Below, one piece after another: positions 41,012 through 55,969 of a stretch of DNA of 64,000 nt. The position numbers and the translations under genes were made by a program. The stretch covers positions 52,514,001 to 52,578,000 of the forward strand of contig OZ024743.1 in the NCBI GenBank assembly GCA_964016885.1, written 5' to 3'. This DNA is from Eledone cirrhosa (Eukaryota). The notes under the pieces were generated by a model. The model was not told the origin of the DNA. It did no database searches and saw only the letters and a list, made by a program, of their open reading frames with translations. Position 1 is the stretch's first letter. Every line of letters begins with the position of its first letter.

Positions 41012-41081
41012 ATTTCGTTTCTGAATTTGTTTAGCAAGATTCTTTATCTGAAATCGTGTGTTGAAACCGATATTGTTATAC

Positions 41082-41113
<32 letters not shown>

Positions 41114-41147
41114 ACATATATACATATATATACATATATACATATAT

Positions 41148-41186
<39 letters not shown>

Positions 41187-41527
41187 TACATATATACATA
41201 TATATACATATATATACATATATATATATATACACATATATATACATATACACATATATATACATATATACATATATATACATATATACATATATATACA
41301 TATATACATATATATATATATACACATATATATACATATACACATATATATACATATATATATATATATACATATATACATATATACACATATATATACA
41401 TATATATATATATACATATATACATATATATACATATATACATATATATATATATACACATATATATACATATATATATATATACATACACATATATATA
41501 CATATACACATATATATACATATACAC

Positions 41528-41563
<36 letters not shown>

Positions 41564-41580
41564 ATACACATATATATACT

Positions 41581-41644
<64 letters not shown>

Positions 41645-41649
41645 TATAC

Positions 41650-41758
<109 letters not shown>

Positions 41759-41811
41759 TATACATATATATATACACATATATATATATATATATATACA
41801 CATATATATAC

Positions 41812-41852
<41 letters not shown>

Positions 41853-41893
41853 CATATACATACATATATATATATACATATACATACATATAC

Positions 41894-41927
<34 letters not shown>

Positions 41928-41933
41928 ATATAC

Positions 41934-41966
<33 letters not shown>

Positions 41967-42003
41967 CATATATATACATATATATATATATACATATATA
42001 TAC

Positions 42004-42034
<31 letters not shown>

Positions 42035-42057
42035 CATATATATACATATATATATAT

Positions 42058-42126
<69 letters not shown>

Positions 42127-42221
42127 TATACATATATATATATATACATATATATACATATATATATATATACATATATATATACATATATATACATATA
42201 TATATATATACATATATATAC

Positions 42222-42252
<31 letters not shown>

Positions 42253-42341
42253 CATATATATACATACATATATACATATATATACATATATATATATATA
42301 TACATATATATACATATATATATATATATACATATATATAC

Positions 42342-42372
<31 letters not shown>

Positions 42373-42539
42373 CATATATATACATATATATATATATATA
42401 CATATATATACATACATATATATATATATACATATATACATATACATACATATATATATATATATACATATATACATATATATACATATACATATATATA
42501 CATATATACACATATATACATATATATATATATATACAC

Positions 42540-42598
<59 letters not shown>

Positions 42599-42649
42599 CA
42601 TATATATATACATATATATATATATACATATATACATATATATATATAC

Positions 42650-42728
<79 letters not shown>

Positions 42729-42771
42729 CATATATATATACATATATATATATATACATATATATATATAC

Positions 42772-42802
<31 letters not shown>

Positions 42803-42827
42803 CATATATATATACATATATATATAC

Positions 42828-42872
<45 letters not shown>

Positions 42873-42873
42873 C

Positions 42874-42922
<49 letters not shown>

Positions 42923-42957
42923 TATATACATATATATATATATACATATATATATAC

Positions 42958-42990
<33 letters not shown>

Positions 42991-43016
42991 CATATATATA
43001 TACATATATATACATA

Positions 43017-44104
43017 CTCTTTTATTCTTTTACCTGTTTCAGCCATCCGGCTGAGGCCATGCTGGGGCACCGCCCTTGTTGCTACACATTTTATCTCCAG
43101 CCTGTATAGGTTGGCCACTGGTGTAGGAGGGAGTTTGTTGCTGCTGCCCTTAGGTTTCCCTCGTGTCTTGCTGTGGGCTCATCCGGGATCCTGGATAACA
43201 AGGTGTCGAGATGTTTCTTAGAGACATCCACCTCCACGTCATGCAAGTCTCGCAGATGCCTCGGCAGCCTGTTGAAGAGTTGAGGGCCCTTGAATCCCAG
43301 GCTATTGCAATACCTGCTCCTTATTCTAGATGTGGAAGACGGGACCTTTGGCACCACACAGTGACGTCCTGTTCGACGGTTGGTCCAGCTCCCAATGCCA
43401 AAGTTTGGTGCTAGTCCCTCCAGGATTTTCCACATGTAGATCACTGCGTATCTCTCCCGTCTTCGCTCCAAGGAGTAGAGGTTCAGTTCCTTCAGCCTCT
43501 CCCAGTAGCTTGTCTCCCTCATCTTGGCAGTCCTCTTGGTGTAGCTTCGCTGGATTGCCTCAAGCTCTGTGGTTAGTTTGACACTATGGGGTGACCACAG
43601 CTGGGAGCAGTAGTCCAGGCGGCTTAGGACAAAAGTCCTCCACAGTGTCAACATGGTGTCTCGATCTCTTGTAAGGAAAGTCCTCAAGATCCAGCCAGCG
43701 AATCGTCTACATGCTGTCGCCACCTTCATGATGTGTGAAGAAAAAGATGCATCATCGCTCATGTCTATGCCCAGGTCTCGTATCGATTTTGACACGGGGA
43801 TATCGGTCCCTCCTGGTCCTGTGTAGCTGTGTTCCGCTATATTTGTGTTTGTGTTTGCAGGTTTGTATTGTAGGGCTTGGAATTTGCCAGCATTAAACTG
43901 CATGTTGTTTTCTTCCGCCCATCTGTATATGGCATCCAGATCCTGCTGTAAGAGGGCAGCGTCAGCCGGGTTTTTGATTGCCTGTGCTACCTTAGTGTCA
44001 TCAGCATAGCTAGTGAGGGATGTTGTTGCATGCACCACAGAGGGCATGTCCGAGAGAGCCACCAAAAACAGTAGTGGTCCCAGGACTGTCCCCTGAGGCA
44101 CCCC
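43017..44104 (-). mobile_element. CR1-clade LINE, 5'-truncated, RT C-terminal ORF intact plus 3' UTR
   Basis: [68 protein letters not shown]. Open to the stop at 43091. The 5' end abuts (TA)n. Confidence 0.95.
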
Positions 44105-44122
44105 ACATATATATATATATAC

Positions 44123-44185
<63 letters not shown>

Positions 44186-44619
44186 TATATATACATATAT
44201 ACATATATATACATATATACATATATATACATATATATATACATATATACATATATATACATATACATATATATATACATGTATATATATATATGTGTGA
44301 TTAGACACACACACAAACATATATATATATATAAATACATAAACACATGGATATGCATGTAAATATGTATATAATGACAATTAATCTAGAAATCCCACGT
44401 CGTCGAGTTTCGTCCTAAAAGAATGCATTATAAGTCTAATGCCCCCCCCCCCCCACACACACACAACTGCGTTAATGTGTGAGTGGGAATGTATTGGTGA
44501 TGTCACAGAAGCCTTTCTAACTAGGAATCCAGACTAGGTGGCGGTCAAGTTTCATAAACAACCTCTACCCAACCATGTACCCCGCCTTAATACACATCTA
44601 TACCACACGTTACACCCTC

Positions 44620-44671
<52 letters not shown>

Positions 44672-44800
44672 TATATATATATATATATATGCGTGTGTGT
44701 GTGTATGGCTGCATGTATGGGATGCATGCTTTTATATGTGCATATACTATATATTACGCTGGCATTTCGTGGTATGTAAGCACACACACACACACATTGA

Positions 44801-44841
<41 letters not shown>

Positions 44842-44891
44842 CATACATATATATATTATATATACATACATATATATATTATATATACATA

Positions 44892-45031
<140 letters not shown>

Positions 45032-45034
45032 TAT

Positions 45035-45089
<55 letters not shown>

Positions 45090-45351
45090 CACATATATAT
45101 TTATAATAAAAAGTTACAGTATCGTAAATGAGGATAGAAAGAGGAGGTATAAAGAGATGCGATACAGAGTGTTATTTGCCAAAAGCGGGTACATAGGTAC
45201 TCGATGGTCCTGTAATCAGGGTTAACTATTAGAGGAGTTAATATTTAGTGTACGAAGATAAGCAGAACGGTGATAAGCGAAACTATTAATGAAAGAGAAG
45301 CAAGCCGTTAAAACACATTTATGTTTGGCCCAATGGGGCTCTTCTGAGCAG

Positions 45352-45556
45352 CGAGCGTGGTTGAATGGTTAGAGAATTAGGTTCGCAATCGTGAGGTTGT
45401 GAGTTCGATTCCCGAGCCGGGTGATGTGTGTTATCTACTTGAGCAAGACACTTTATTTCACGTTGCTCCTTCTGCCTGAATTTACGACCGGTAGATAGTA
45501 TTAGCAATTGGAAAGACCTATGGAAACATTGTTTCCTAGGTCCGATCGGACGAACT
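45352..45556 (+). mobile_element. Family B SINE
   Basis: Homologous to 29450-29665. B-box GAGTTCGATTCC. Confidence 0.85.
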
Positions 45557-45605
45557 CCACCCCACTCGTTAACCGAATAAGGTCTGGGATCTTGTCAATC
45601 GACTG

Positions 45606-45641
<36 letters not shown>

Positions 45642-45689
45642 AGTATATACACACTATATATATATATCTTCTTTTTCTTCTTCTTCTTC

Positions 45690-46300
45690 GCCTACTTATT
45701 CCTGCGAGGGGAATTCCTGTTGGGGCAGAGTCCTGAAACACTCCTTCCAGCGGGTCCTATCAGAAGCAACCGTCTCCAACTGATCCGACTGGATCACCAA
45801 GCGAGACCAGCTAAGCTCATAGATGTTATCCAACCATCTTGCTCGGGGTCTACCGCTGGGTCACCTGCCTGTTGGTTTTGCCCGTAAAAATTAGAAACAT
45901 TCTAACCACATGCCCATAGTATCAGAGCTGTGATCTCTCAGTTTGGAAAGTAACGGCTTTACCTAGAGTGACCTTCTGATCTCCGAGCTTCGCACTCTAT
46001 CAAGTAATGTTACTCCAAAGACTTCGGAGAAATATTTCGACCGCTTGTATTCGCGATCGTATTCTTTCAGTCATTACCCAAGATTTGTGACCATAGGTAA
46101 AGGTTGGCACGAATACTTGCTGTGGAAGGTTCTTCACGAGTATGAGATTGATGTTCAGCTTCTTGCTGCCCTGATGTCTCCATACGAATGACCGAGTATT
46201 TGTGTTCGGATAAATGGTGCTAAATCGAAACCATTGAATACTGGGGTCGGAATGCGCCAACAAGAGTGTTTACGGTAACCTCTCCTGTTCATTATTTACA
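45690..46300. mobile_element. Degenerate RTE LINE with an inverted 5' segment
   Basis: Minus 45690-46115 reads PTFTYGHKSWVMTERIRSRIQAVE and PSGRPRARWLDNI. Plus 46120-46300 reads LWKVLHEYEIDVQLLAAL..VRINGAKSKPLNTGVGMRQ..PLLFIIYI. Confidence 0.75.
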
Positions 46301-46468
46301 TAGAGGGTCGGACGCCATGCTTTGACGCATAGAGTTACGGCCCTTGCCATTCTGAGTTCAAATCCCGCCGAGGTTAACTTTGCCTTTCATCCTTACAGGG
46401 TCGATAAAATAAAGTACCAGTAATACACTGGGTAATTGCTGGCCTTGTGCCAAAAGTAGAAACAATTA
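46301..46468 (+). mobile_element. Family A SINE, slightly 5'-truncated
   Basis: Matches the consensus from TAGAGGGTCGGAC to GTAGAAACAATT. Confidence 0.9.
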
Positions 46469-47417
46469 TTTACATAAACAGGATTGGAAGTGGTATCACG
46501 ACTGGCGGGTGTAAAACCAGTCGACATGGTGTTATTATTTAACTCGACAGAAGGTGATCTCCGATTTGCACTCAAAGAAGCCTGTACAGTGCACTCTACA
46601 AGTGAATGGAGTTCCACCGAAACACACACACACACAAGTATATTTATTGTGTTGCTCCTTCTCCGTACACTATATTTTAAGTTTGTCCAATTCCTGATAT
46701 TATCTATCCAAGCTATTCTTGCTTTTCGCGATTGTGTTTTCAAAAGAACAACAACAAAAAAACAAAAAAACTATCACTGTAAACTATTTAAAAATAATAT
46801 TATACCCAAAAGATTTTAGTTTTCTTTCGTTGATGTCGTCTAACATAATTCTCTCAGCGCCATCTTAAAACTTTACCATTGGTTTTGTATTCTGTCAATG
46901 CTCTTCCCAAATGTTTTCTATCGAAAAGGTTTCTAATTTATTAGAAATACTTCTGTTAATGTTCCTATGTTCGGCCCCATGATATTCTTAAACGCCTACT
47001 ATTTACCCAGCGCCGGATTTACCTTGTGCGTATCACCCCCCCCCCCCCCCCAAAAAAAAGAAAGAAATTTGCCGGGTCTACCTCCTTCGGGGCCCAAGTA
47101 AGGGGCCTCATTTGTCCTAAACCTGGTACTGTATTACCCCATCTAAAACGATGTTGGCTTTCAGTAAACTGTAGTAAAAAAAAACAACTAATAGTGACAT
47201 CATCGTCCTCATTCGTTAATGCCATCGTCATCATTATCGTCATCATTATCATCATTATCATCAGCATCATCATCATCATCATCATCAACGTCATCGTCAT
47301 CATCACCATCATCATCATCGTCACCCTCTCATCCCTTCATCTCTGCTTCAATCCTCAACGTTCTCTTAGAATGAATCAGTTGCACTCACTTCCGCACTGT
47401 GCATGTGGTGTGTATAT

Positions 47418-47448
<31 letters not shown>

Positions 47449-48024
47449 CATACATCAACTCCCCCACACACACATATACATATATATATATATATATCAA
47501 CACACACACACACACACACATATATATCAACACACACACACATATATGTATATATAAAGAGAAAGGCTGAGGGAAGAGGTGCATAGCAAAGTGTGGGAGA
47601 TTTTATTTAATCACCGGAATTGTAGGAAATACTTGCCGAGTTTTAGTTTACACAATACGTGAGTGTGAGTGTGTGTGTTAATACTTCACATCATGCTTGC
47701 ACACATACATGTATACGCACACACATATGTATACACACACATATGTACACACACACATATGTACACACAGACACATACATGTATACACACCATGAATGTT
47801 TGTATAATAGGAAATAAAATGCACTAATAGTGTTCACACTCATACACATAGACACACACACGCATACCTACATAGACTCACACACACATACACACAAGCA
47901 ATCACATACACACATAGAGAGACAAACACAGACACACACATATAAACACCACACACACTTAAGATAGTAGACGAGACAGATGGACAGACAAATATTCAAA
48001 CAGACAGACATATAGATAGATATA

Positions 48025-48455
48025 TTTCTTTATTTACCATAAAGGCATAAAAAGAAGAGACAAATTCAAAGGGGGAGTTTACATATAATCGAGTAAAAAG
48101 GGTGTAACATGAAAATAATCGAAAATAACCTCAAAAGGGAGGTGACGTGATGGGGGTTGCACACACCCCCGAAAAAGTGTGCAATCCTTTGCCCGGGGAG
48201 CACATGGAGAAGGTGCTCCCCTCTCCTTTACTTCTTTACTCACAGGATGGTATACAGAGAAGGCCCACTTACACGAGCCATTCTCGCCGCTATCACCCAC
48301 CTTTCATAAAACTGCCTGTGGCCAAGCACCTCTCTCTCTATTCTTATCCTTCTTCCGAAGTGATATCGGAAGAAGTAGACCAGACTATGGCCAGAGAGGA
48401 AGTTGCCTGACCTCAGACCTTTCAATCGTGCCCACCAAACAACCTCTTTCAACAA
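48025..48455 (-). mobile_element. Older Tx1/L1-type LINE 3' end
   Basis: LLKEVVWWARLKGLRSGNFLSG..YHFGRRIRIEREVL is paralogous to 48741-49246. 3' AAATAAAGAAA. Confidence 0.8.
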
Positions 48456-48489
48456 CACAGACATATAGATAGATAGATAGATAGATAGA

Positions 48490-49246
48490 TTTCTTTATTT
48501 GCCACAGGGGCGTACAGAAATGGGACATTACAAGACGTGACGGCGGGGGTTTTACATAAAATCTTTAACAATGATAAATAACAAAAAAACTATATAAAAA
48601 TAAAACAATTGAAATCCCCATGGGGGGAGGGGGGTAACGCTACTGCGGGGTTGTTTTACACCCCGTGGATAGAACAACCCTCAACACTAGGAACACGTTT
48701 TGTAGGTGTTCCTGTCTTCCCTCTGTTTATCTTCCTCAACCTACAGGTTTATATACAGAGAAGGCCCATTCACTCGGGCTATTTTCGCCACATTCACCCA
48801 CCTTTCAAGGAATTTACTGGGGTGTAACACCTCTCTCTCCACTCTTACCTTCCTTCTGAAGTGATACTTAAAGAAAGGAGTGAGTTGTTGTCCGGAGAGA
48901 AAGGAGTTTTCCCTCAGTCCTTTTAACCTCGTCCACCATATTACCTCTTTCGCCATAGCCACCAGACAGAGGAAAACCGCCTCTCCTTCGTTCTTAAATG
49001 AAGGCGTCGGGTTGATACTCACGATGGACTCGGCTGACAACTGGATGCGTCCCACACGCGACAGCAGCTGTTCGACATCATTCCACAGGTCGGTCACCCC
49101 TGGGCACTGAACAATTGCGTGCAGAACGGTTTCGATGTCCTGCTCGCATCTTGGACAGGTCCTTTTTGCAGGATCTCTGCCAGGGTGTCCGTGCCTGTAT
49201 ATTTTGTCTGGAACTGGTAGAGCTCCTCGGTAGCACTGCCAGGCCA
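48490..49246 (-). mobile_element. Tx1/L1-type LINE 3' end with C-terminal CCHC zinc motif
   Basis: LAWQCYRGALPV..CPRC..ETVLHAIVQCP..VIWWTR. 3' UTR ends AAATAAAGAAA in (TCTA)n. Confidence 0.88.
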
Positions 49247-49632
49247 GATAGATTGATAGATCGACAGACAGACAGATAGTTATATAGACAGACAGATAGA
49301 CAAATAGATAGACAGACAGATAGTTAGATAAACAGAGATAGACAGACAGATAGAGAGAGAGAGACAGACAGACATAGAGACAGATAGGAGAGACAGACAG
49401 ATAGACGAGACAGACAGACATAGAGACGGATAGGAGAGACAGATAGACATAGAGACAGACATAGAGACAGACATAGAGACAGATAGACATAGAGAAAGAT
49501 AGGAGAGACAGACAGACATAGAGACAGATAGGAGAGACAGACAGACAGAGAGACAGACAGACATAGAGACAGACAGACAGACAGACAGACAGAGAGACAG
49601 ACAGACATAGAGACAGACAGACAGGAGAGACA
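49247..49632. repeat. (GACA/GATA/GA)n compound microsatellite
   Basis: Directly visible. Confidence 0.95.
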
Positions 49633-50564
49633 ATACATGTTAAAAAGTGAATTGATTGAGAAGAAAATCTTTGAATGAGAAAAACATTTGAATATAGAAA
49701 GAAAATATAAAAAAAAGAATCATTGAAGGAAAGAAGAGGTGGAAATAATAGAGGAGGGGGAAGGAGATTTTATAGCGGGGTGGAGTTGAGGGGGAAGACA
49801 GTGGTGGAAGTAGGGTGAGGAGGAGGAAGAGGACAGAAGGGGACAAAGAGGAGAATACTTTGATGTTGATGTTTTTTGGTGTTGTCTTAGTCAGAGAGGG
49901 AGGGGCAACGCCCATCACCTTTTTTTCAAGGTCTCAGAGATAAGATGAAGGGAAAGGAGGCGAAGAAGTGAGCTTCAGACTAGAGATTAGGTTAGAATGA
50001 TAGCAACAGAATGAAACTCTGCTAAAGGTATCCATCCATGGGTGGTGCTGATAAAACAGACATCGGATTAAGTCTACCACAAAGATGTCCCCACCGGCTC
50101 CCACGCTATCTATGTGTAAATATATTTCTCTTCGTTCATGTTTCACATCTGGTTTAAGCCTTTTTATTACCAGCCTGGAGAGGCGCGCAGACTTCATACC
50201 TGGCCTATTACCAACTTGGTTGGGGGTCCACATTTCATATCTGGTTAGGGCATGGCATATTCTTAGCTTTGATGAGGCCTACATTTCATATCTAGTAGGC
50301 GTATATTATCAGCTTTGATGAGGCCTACATTTCATATGTAGTAGGCGTATATTATCAGCTTTGATGAGGCCTACATTTCATATCTAGTAGGCGTATATTA
50401 TCAGCTTTGATGAGGCCTACATTTCATATCTGGTTGGGGTATATTCTCAGCTTTGATGAGGCCCACATTTCATATCTTGCCTGGATCTGTTACCAGCTCT
50501 GGGGTGGAGTAGGGCCTACATTTCACATCTGGCCTGCGTCTGTTACCAACCTTGGATAGTGGGG

Positions 50565-53500
50565 GCATATTTCACAGCTAACTGGGGCCTATTACCAGCT
50601 TTGAGGGATGCTACATTTCACAGCTATCTGGGGACTATTACCAGCTTTGAGGGATACTACATTTCACAGCTAACTGGGGCATATTACCAGCTTTGAGGGA
50701 TGCTACATTTCACAGCTATCTGGGGACTATTACCAGCTTTGAGGGATGCTACATTTCACAGCTATCTGGGGACTATTACCAGCTTTGAGGGATACTACAT
50801 TTCACAGCTAACTGGGGCATATTACCAGCTTTGAGGGATGCTACATTTCACAGCTATCTGGGGACTATTACCAGCTTTGAGGGATGCTACATTCCACAGC
50901 TAGCTGAGGACTATTACCAGCTTTGAGGGATGCAACATTTCACAGCTATCTGGGGACTATTACCAGCTTTGAGGGATGCTACATTCCACAGCTATCTGGG
51001 GACTATTACCAGCTTTGAGGGATGCTACATTTCACAGCTATCTGGGGACTATTACCAGCTTTGAGGGATGCTACATTCCACAGCTATCTGGGGACTATTA
51101 CCAGCTTTGAGGGATGCTACATTTCACAGCTAACTGGGGCCTATTACCAGCTTTGAGGGATGCTACATTCCACAGCTAGCTGAGGCCTATTACCAGCTTT
51201 GAGGGATACTACATTTCACAGCTATCTGGGGACTATTACCAGCTTTGAGGGATGCTACATTTCACAGCTAACTGGGGCCTATTACCTGCTTTGAGGGATG
51301 CTACATTTCACAGCTATCTGGGGACTATTACCAGCTTTGAGGGATGCTACATTCCACAGCTAGCTGAGGCCTATTACCAGATTTGAGGGATGCTACATTC
51401 CACAGCTATCTGGGGACTATTACCAGCTTTGAGGGATGCTACATTCCACAGCTAGCTGAGGCCTATTACCAGTTTTGAGGGATGCTACATTCCACAGCTA
51501 TCTGGGGACTATTACCAGCTTTGAGGGATGCTACATTCCACAGCTAGCTGAGGCCTATTACCAGATTTGAGGGATGCTACATTCCACAGCTATCTGGGGA
51601 CTATTACCAGCTTTGAGGGATGCTACATTCCACAGCTAACTGAGGCCTATTACCAGCTTTGAGGGATACTACATTTCACAGCTATCTGGGGACTATTACC
51701 AGCTTTGAGGGATGCTACATTCCACAGCTATCTGGGGACTATTACCAGCTTTGAGGGATGCTACATTCCACAGCTAGCTGAGGCCTATTACCAGCTTTGA
51801 GGGATGCTACATTTTACAGCTAACTGGGGCCTATTACCAGCTTTGAGGGATGCTACATTCCACAGCTAGCTGAGGCCTATTACCAGCTTTGAGGGATACT
51901 ACATTTCACAGCTATCTGGGGACTATTACCAGCTTTGAGGGATGCTACATTTCACAGCTAACTGGGGCCTATTACCAGCTTTGAGGGATGCTACATTCCA
52001 CAGCTATCTGGGGACTATTACCAGCTTTGAGGGATGCTACATTCCACAGCTAGCTGAGGCCTATTACCAGCTTTGAGGGATGCTACATTTCACAGCTATC
52101 TGGGGACTATTACCAGCTTTGAGGGATGCTACATTTCACAGCTAACTGGGGCCTATTACCAGCTTTGAGGGATGCTACATTTCACAGCTCTCTGGGGACT
52201 ATTACCAGCTTTGAGGGATGCTACATTTCACAGCTAACTGGGGCCTATTACCAGCTTTGAGGGATGCTACATTTCACAGCTATCTGGGGACTATTACCAG
52301 CTTTGAGGGATGCTACATTTTACAGCTAACTGGGGCCTATTACCAGCTTTGAGGGATGCTACATTCCACAGCTATCTGAGGCCTATTACCAGCTTTGAGG
52401 GATACTACATTTCACAGCTATCTGGGGACTATTACCAGCTTTGAGGGATGCTACATTTCACAGCTAACTGGGGCCTATTACCAGCTTTGAGGGATGCTAC
52501 ATTCCACAGCTAGCTGAGGCATATTACCAGCTTTGAGGGATACTACATTTCACAGCTATCTGGGGACTATTACCAGCTTTGAGGGATGCTACATTTCACA
52601 GCTAACTGGGGCCTATTACCAGCTTTGAGGGATGCTACATTTCACAGCTATCTGGGGACTATTACCAGCTTTGAGGGATGCTACATTCCACAGCTATCTG
52701 GGGACTATTACCAGCTTTGAGGGATGCTACATTCCACAGCTATCTGGGGACTATTACCAGCTTTGAGGGATGCTACATTCCACAGCTAGCTGAGGCCTAT
52801 TACCAGCTTTGAGGGATGCTACATTTCACAGCTATCTGGGGACTATTACCAGCTTTGAGGGATACTACATTTCACAGCTATCTGGGGACTATTACCAGCT
52901 TTGAGGGATGCTACATTCCACAGCTAGCTGAGGACTATTACCAGCTTTGAGAGATGCAACATTTCACAGCTATCTGGGGACTATTACCAGCTTTGAGGGA
53001 TGCTACATTTCACAGCTATCTGGGGACTATTACCAGCTTTGAGGGATGCTACATTTCACAGCTATCTGGGGACTATTACCAGATTTGAGGGATGCTACAT
53101 TCCACAGCTAGCTGAGGCCTATTACCAGCTTTGAGGGATGCTACATTTCACAGCTATCTGGGGACTATTACCAGCTTTGGGGGATGCTACATTCCACAGC
53201 TATCTGGGGACTATTACCAGCTTTGAGGGATGCTACATTCCACAGCTATCTGGGGACTATTACCAGCTTTGAGGGATGCTACATTCCACAGCTATCTGGG
53301 GACTATTACCAGCTTTGAGGGATGCTACATTTCACAGCTAGCTGAGGCCTATTACCAGATTTGAGGGATACTACATTTCACAGCTAACTGGGGCCTATTA
53401 CCAGCTTTGAGGGATGCTACATTTCACAGCTATCTGGGGACTATTACCAGCTTTGAGGGATACTACATTTCACAGCTATCTGGGGACTATTACCAGCTTT

Positions 53501-54853
53501 GAGGGATGCTACATTCCACAGCTAGCTGAGGACTATTACCAGCTTTGAGGGATGCAACATTTCACAGCTATCTGGGGACTATTACCAGCTTTGAGGGATG
53601 CTACATTCCACAGCTATCTGGGGACTATTACCAGCTTTGAGGGATGCTACATTTCACAGCTATCTGGGGACTATTACCAGCTTTGAGGGATGCTACATTT
53701 CACAGCTATCTGGGGACTATTACCAGCTTTGAGGGATGCTACATTTCACAGCTATCTGGGGACTATTACCAGCTTTGAGGGATGCTACATTTCACAGCTA
53801 TCTGGGGACTATTACCAGCTTTGAGGGATGCTACATTTCACAGCTATCTGGGGACTATTACCAGCTTTGAGGGATGCTACATTTCACAGCTATCTGGGGA
53901 CTATTACCAGCTTTGAGGGATACTACATTTCACAGCTAGCTGAGGCCTATTACCAGATTTGAGGGATGCTACATTTCACAGCTATCTGGGGACTATTACC
54001 AGCTTTGAGGGATGCTACATTTCACAGCTATCTGGGGACTATTACCAGCTTTGAGGGATGCTACATTTCACAGCTATCTGGGGACTATTACCAGCTTTGA
54101 GGGATGCTACATTTCACAGCTATCTGGGGACTATTACCAGCTTTGAGGGATGCTACATTTCACAGCTATCTGGGGACTATTACCAGCTTTGAGGGATGCT
54201 ACATTTCACAGCTATCTGGGGACTATTACCAGCTTTGAGGGATGCTACATTTCACAGCTATCTGGGGACTATTACCAGCTTTGAGGGATGCTACATTTCA
54301 CAGCTATCTGGGGACTATTACCAGCTTTGAGGGATACTACATTTCACAGCTAGCTGAGGCCTATTACCAGATTTGAGGGATGCTACATTTCACAGCTAAC
54401 TGGGGCCTATTACCAGCTTTGAGGGATGCTACATTTCACAGCTATCTGGGGACTATTACCAGCTTTGAGGGATGCTACATTTCACAGCTATCTGGGGACT
54501 ATTACCAGCTTTGAGGGATACTACATTTCACAGCTATCTGGGGACTATTACCAGCTTTGAGGGATGCTACATTCCACAGCTAGCTGAGGCCTATTACCAG
54601 ATTTGAGGGATGCTACATTTCACAGCTAACTGGGGCCTATTACCAGCTTTGAGGGATGCTACATTTCACAGCTAGCTGAGGCCTATTACCAGATTTGAGG
54701 GATGCTACATTTCACAGCTAACTGGGGCCTATTACCAGCTTTGAGGGATGCTACATTTCACAGCTATCTGGGGACTATTACCAGCTTTGAAGGATGCTAC
54801 ATTTCACAGCTATCTGGGGACTATTACCAGATTTGAGAGATGCTACATTTCAC
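50565..54853. repeat. 46-bp tandem satellite, roughly 90 units, consensus ATTACCAGCTTTGAGGGATGCTACATTTCACAGCTATCTGGGGACT
   Basis: Directly visible. Three main variants (GCTATCTGGGGACT, GCTAACTGGGGCCT, GCTAGCTGAGGCCT). Confidence 0.98.
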
Positions 54854-55105
54854 ATCGGGTTGCATGTCTACGTGAAGGCACGTGGTCTAATGGTTAGTGT
54901 GTTGGACACAATCATAAGGTCATGGATGGATTCAATAACTGGACCGAATTAAATCAATAGGCGTAGACACAGTTGGGTCGTTAAGGAGTTCACTTAATAA
55001 CGTGGTTTTGGGCTTAGTCACCCCGAGTGTTATCTGGGGTTTTATACAATAGCCTCTGGTTGTCTAATGTCTGGTGGAATTTGAGAGAAACCGCGTGGAA
55101 ACCCA

Positions 55106-55179
<74 letters not shown>

Positions 55180-55772
55180 ATTTACGTTGTGTCTTTGTTT
55201 ATATTCTGTAACTTAGCAGGTCGACAAAAGTAATCGTTAAAATAAGCACCCAACTTGAAAAACAAAGTAGTGGGGTTGATATCATGGATAAAAAACCCTT
55301 TAAAGTGATGCCCCATCAGTAAAAAAAAATAGTAAAAGAATGTCTATTAAATCTGGTGTAGGAATATAAGGTACACCCCCGCCCTAAATACTGAGGAATC
55401 TGGCGAAGGATTATGACGAGGTCACTTCCACCTTAAATATGCCATTAAAATTTCTTTCGTACCAGTAAAACAACAAAAACATGAAACACGAGCAGTAAGA
55501 AAATTGCACATATATTTTCTCATATATATTCTCAAATATAACTTTATATAGATATATGAGATATGGGAATACTTTTAAGGCCATGCGTACATGACTTCCA
55601 TTGTGTATAGGGATGTTTGTTTGTGATGTGATAATGGTGAAGATGTTGTGTTTGGGATGAACTGATGGATGTGGATAGCCTCGCTAGTAATAATTCTCAA
55701 GATATATAAACAAAATGTACATTTCGCACTTTATTTCCAGCGTTACACACACACACACATATGCATGTGCGC

Positions 55773-55816
<44 letters not shown>

Positions 55817-55933
55817 CACAAATAGCGGGAAATAGTGAAGGGGCATTGAGAACAGGAAAGAGAGGAAATTTATCTTCGTGGGAAGAATTGTAACTTGCAA
55901 TACTTTCTTAATGGTGGTGGTGGTGGTGGTGAG

Positions 55934-55969
<36 letters not shown>

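Noticed and set aside
50565-54853. CRISPR-like regular array
   Set aside because: No unique spacers. It is a head-to-tail 46-bp satellite in a eukaryotic context with no cas genes.
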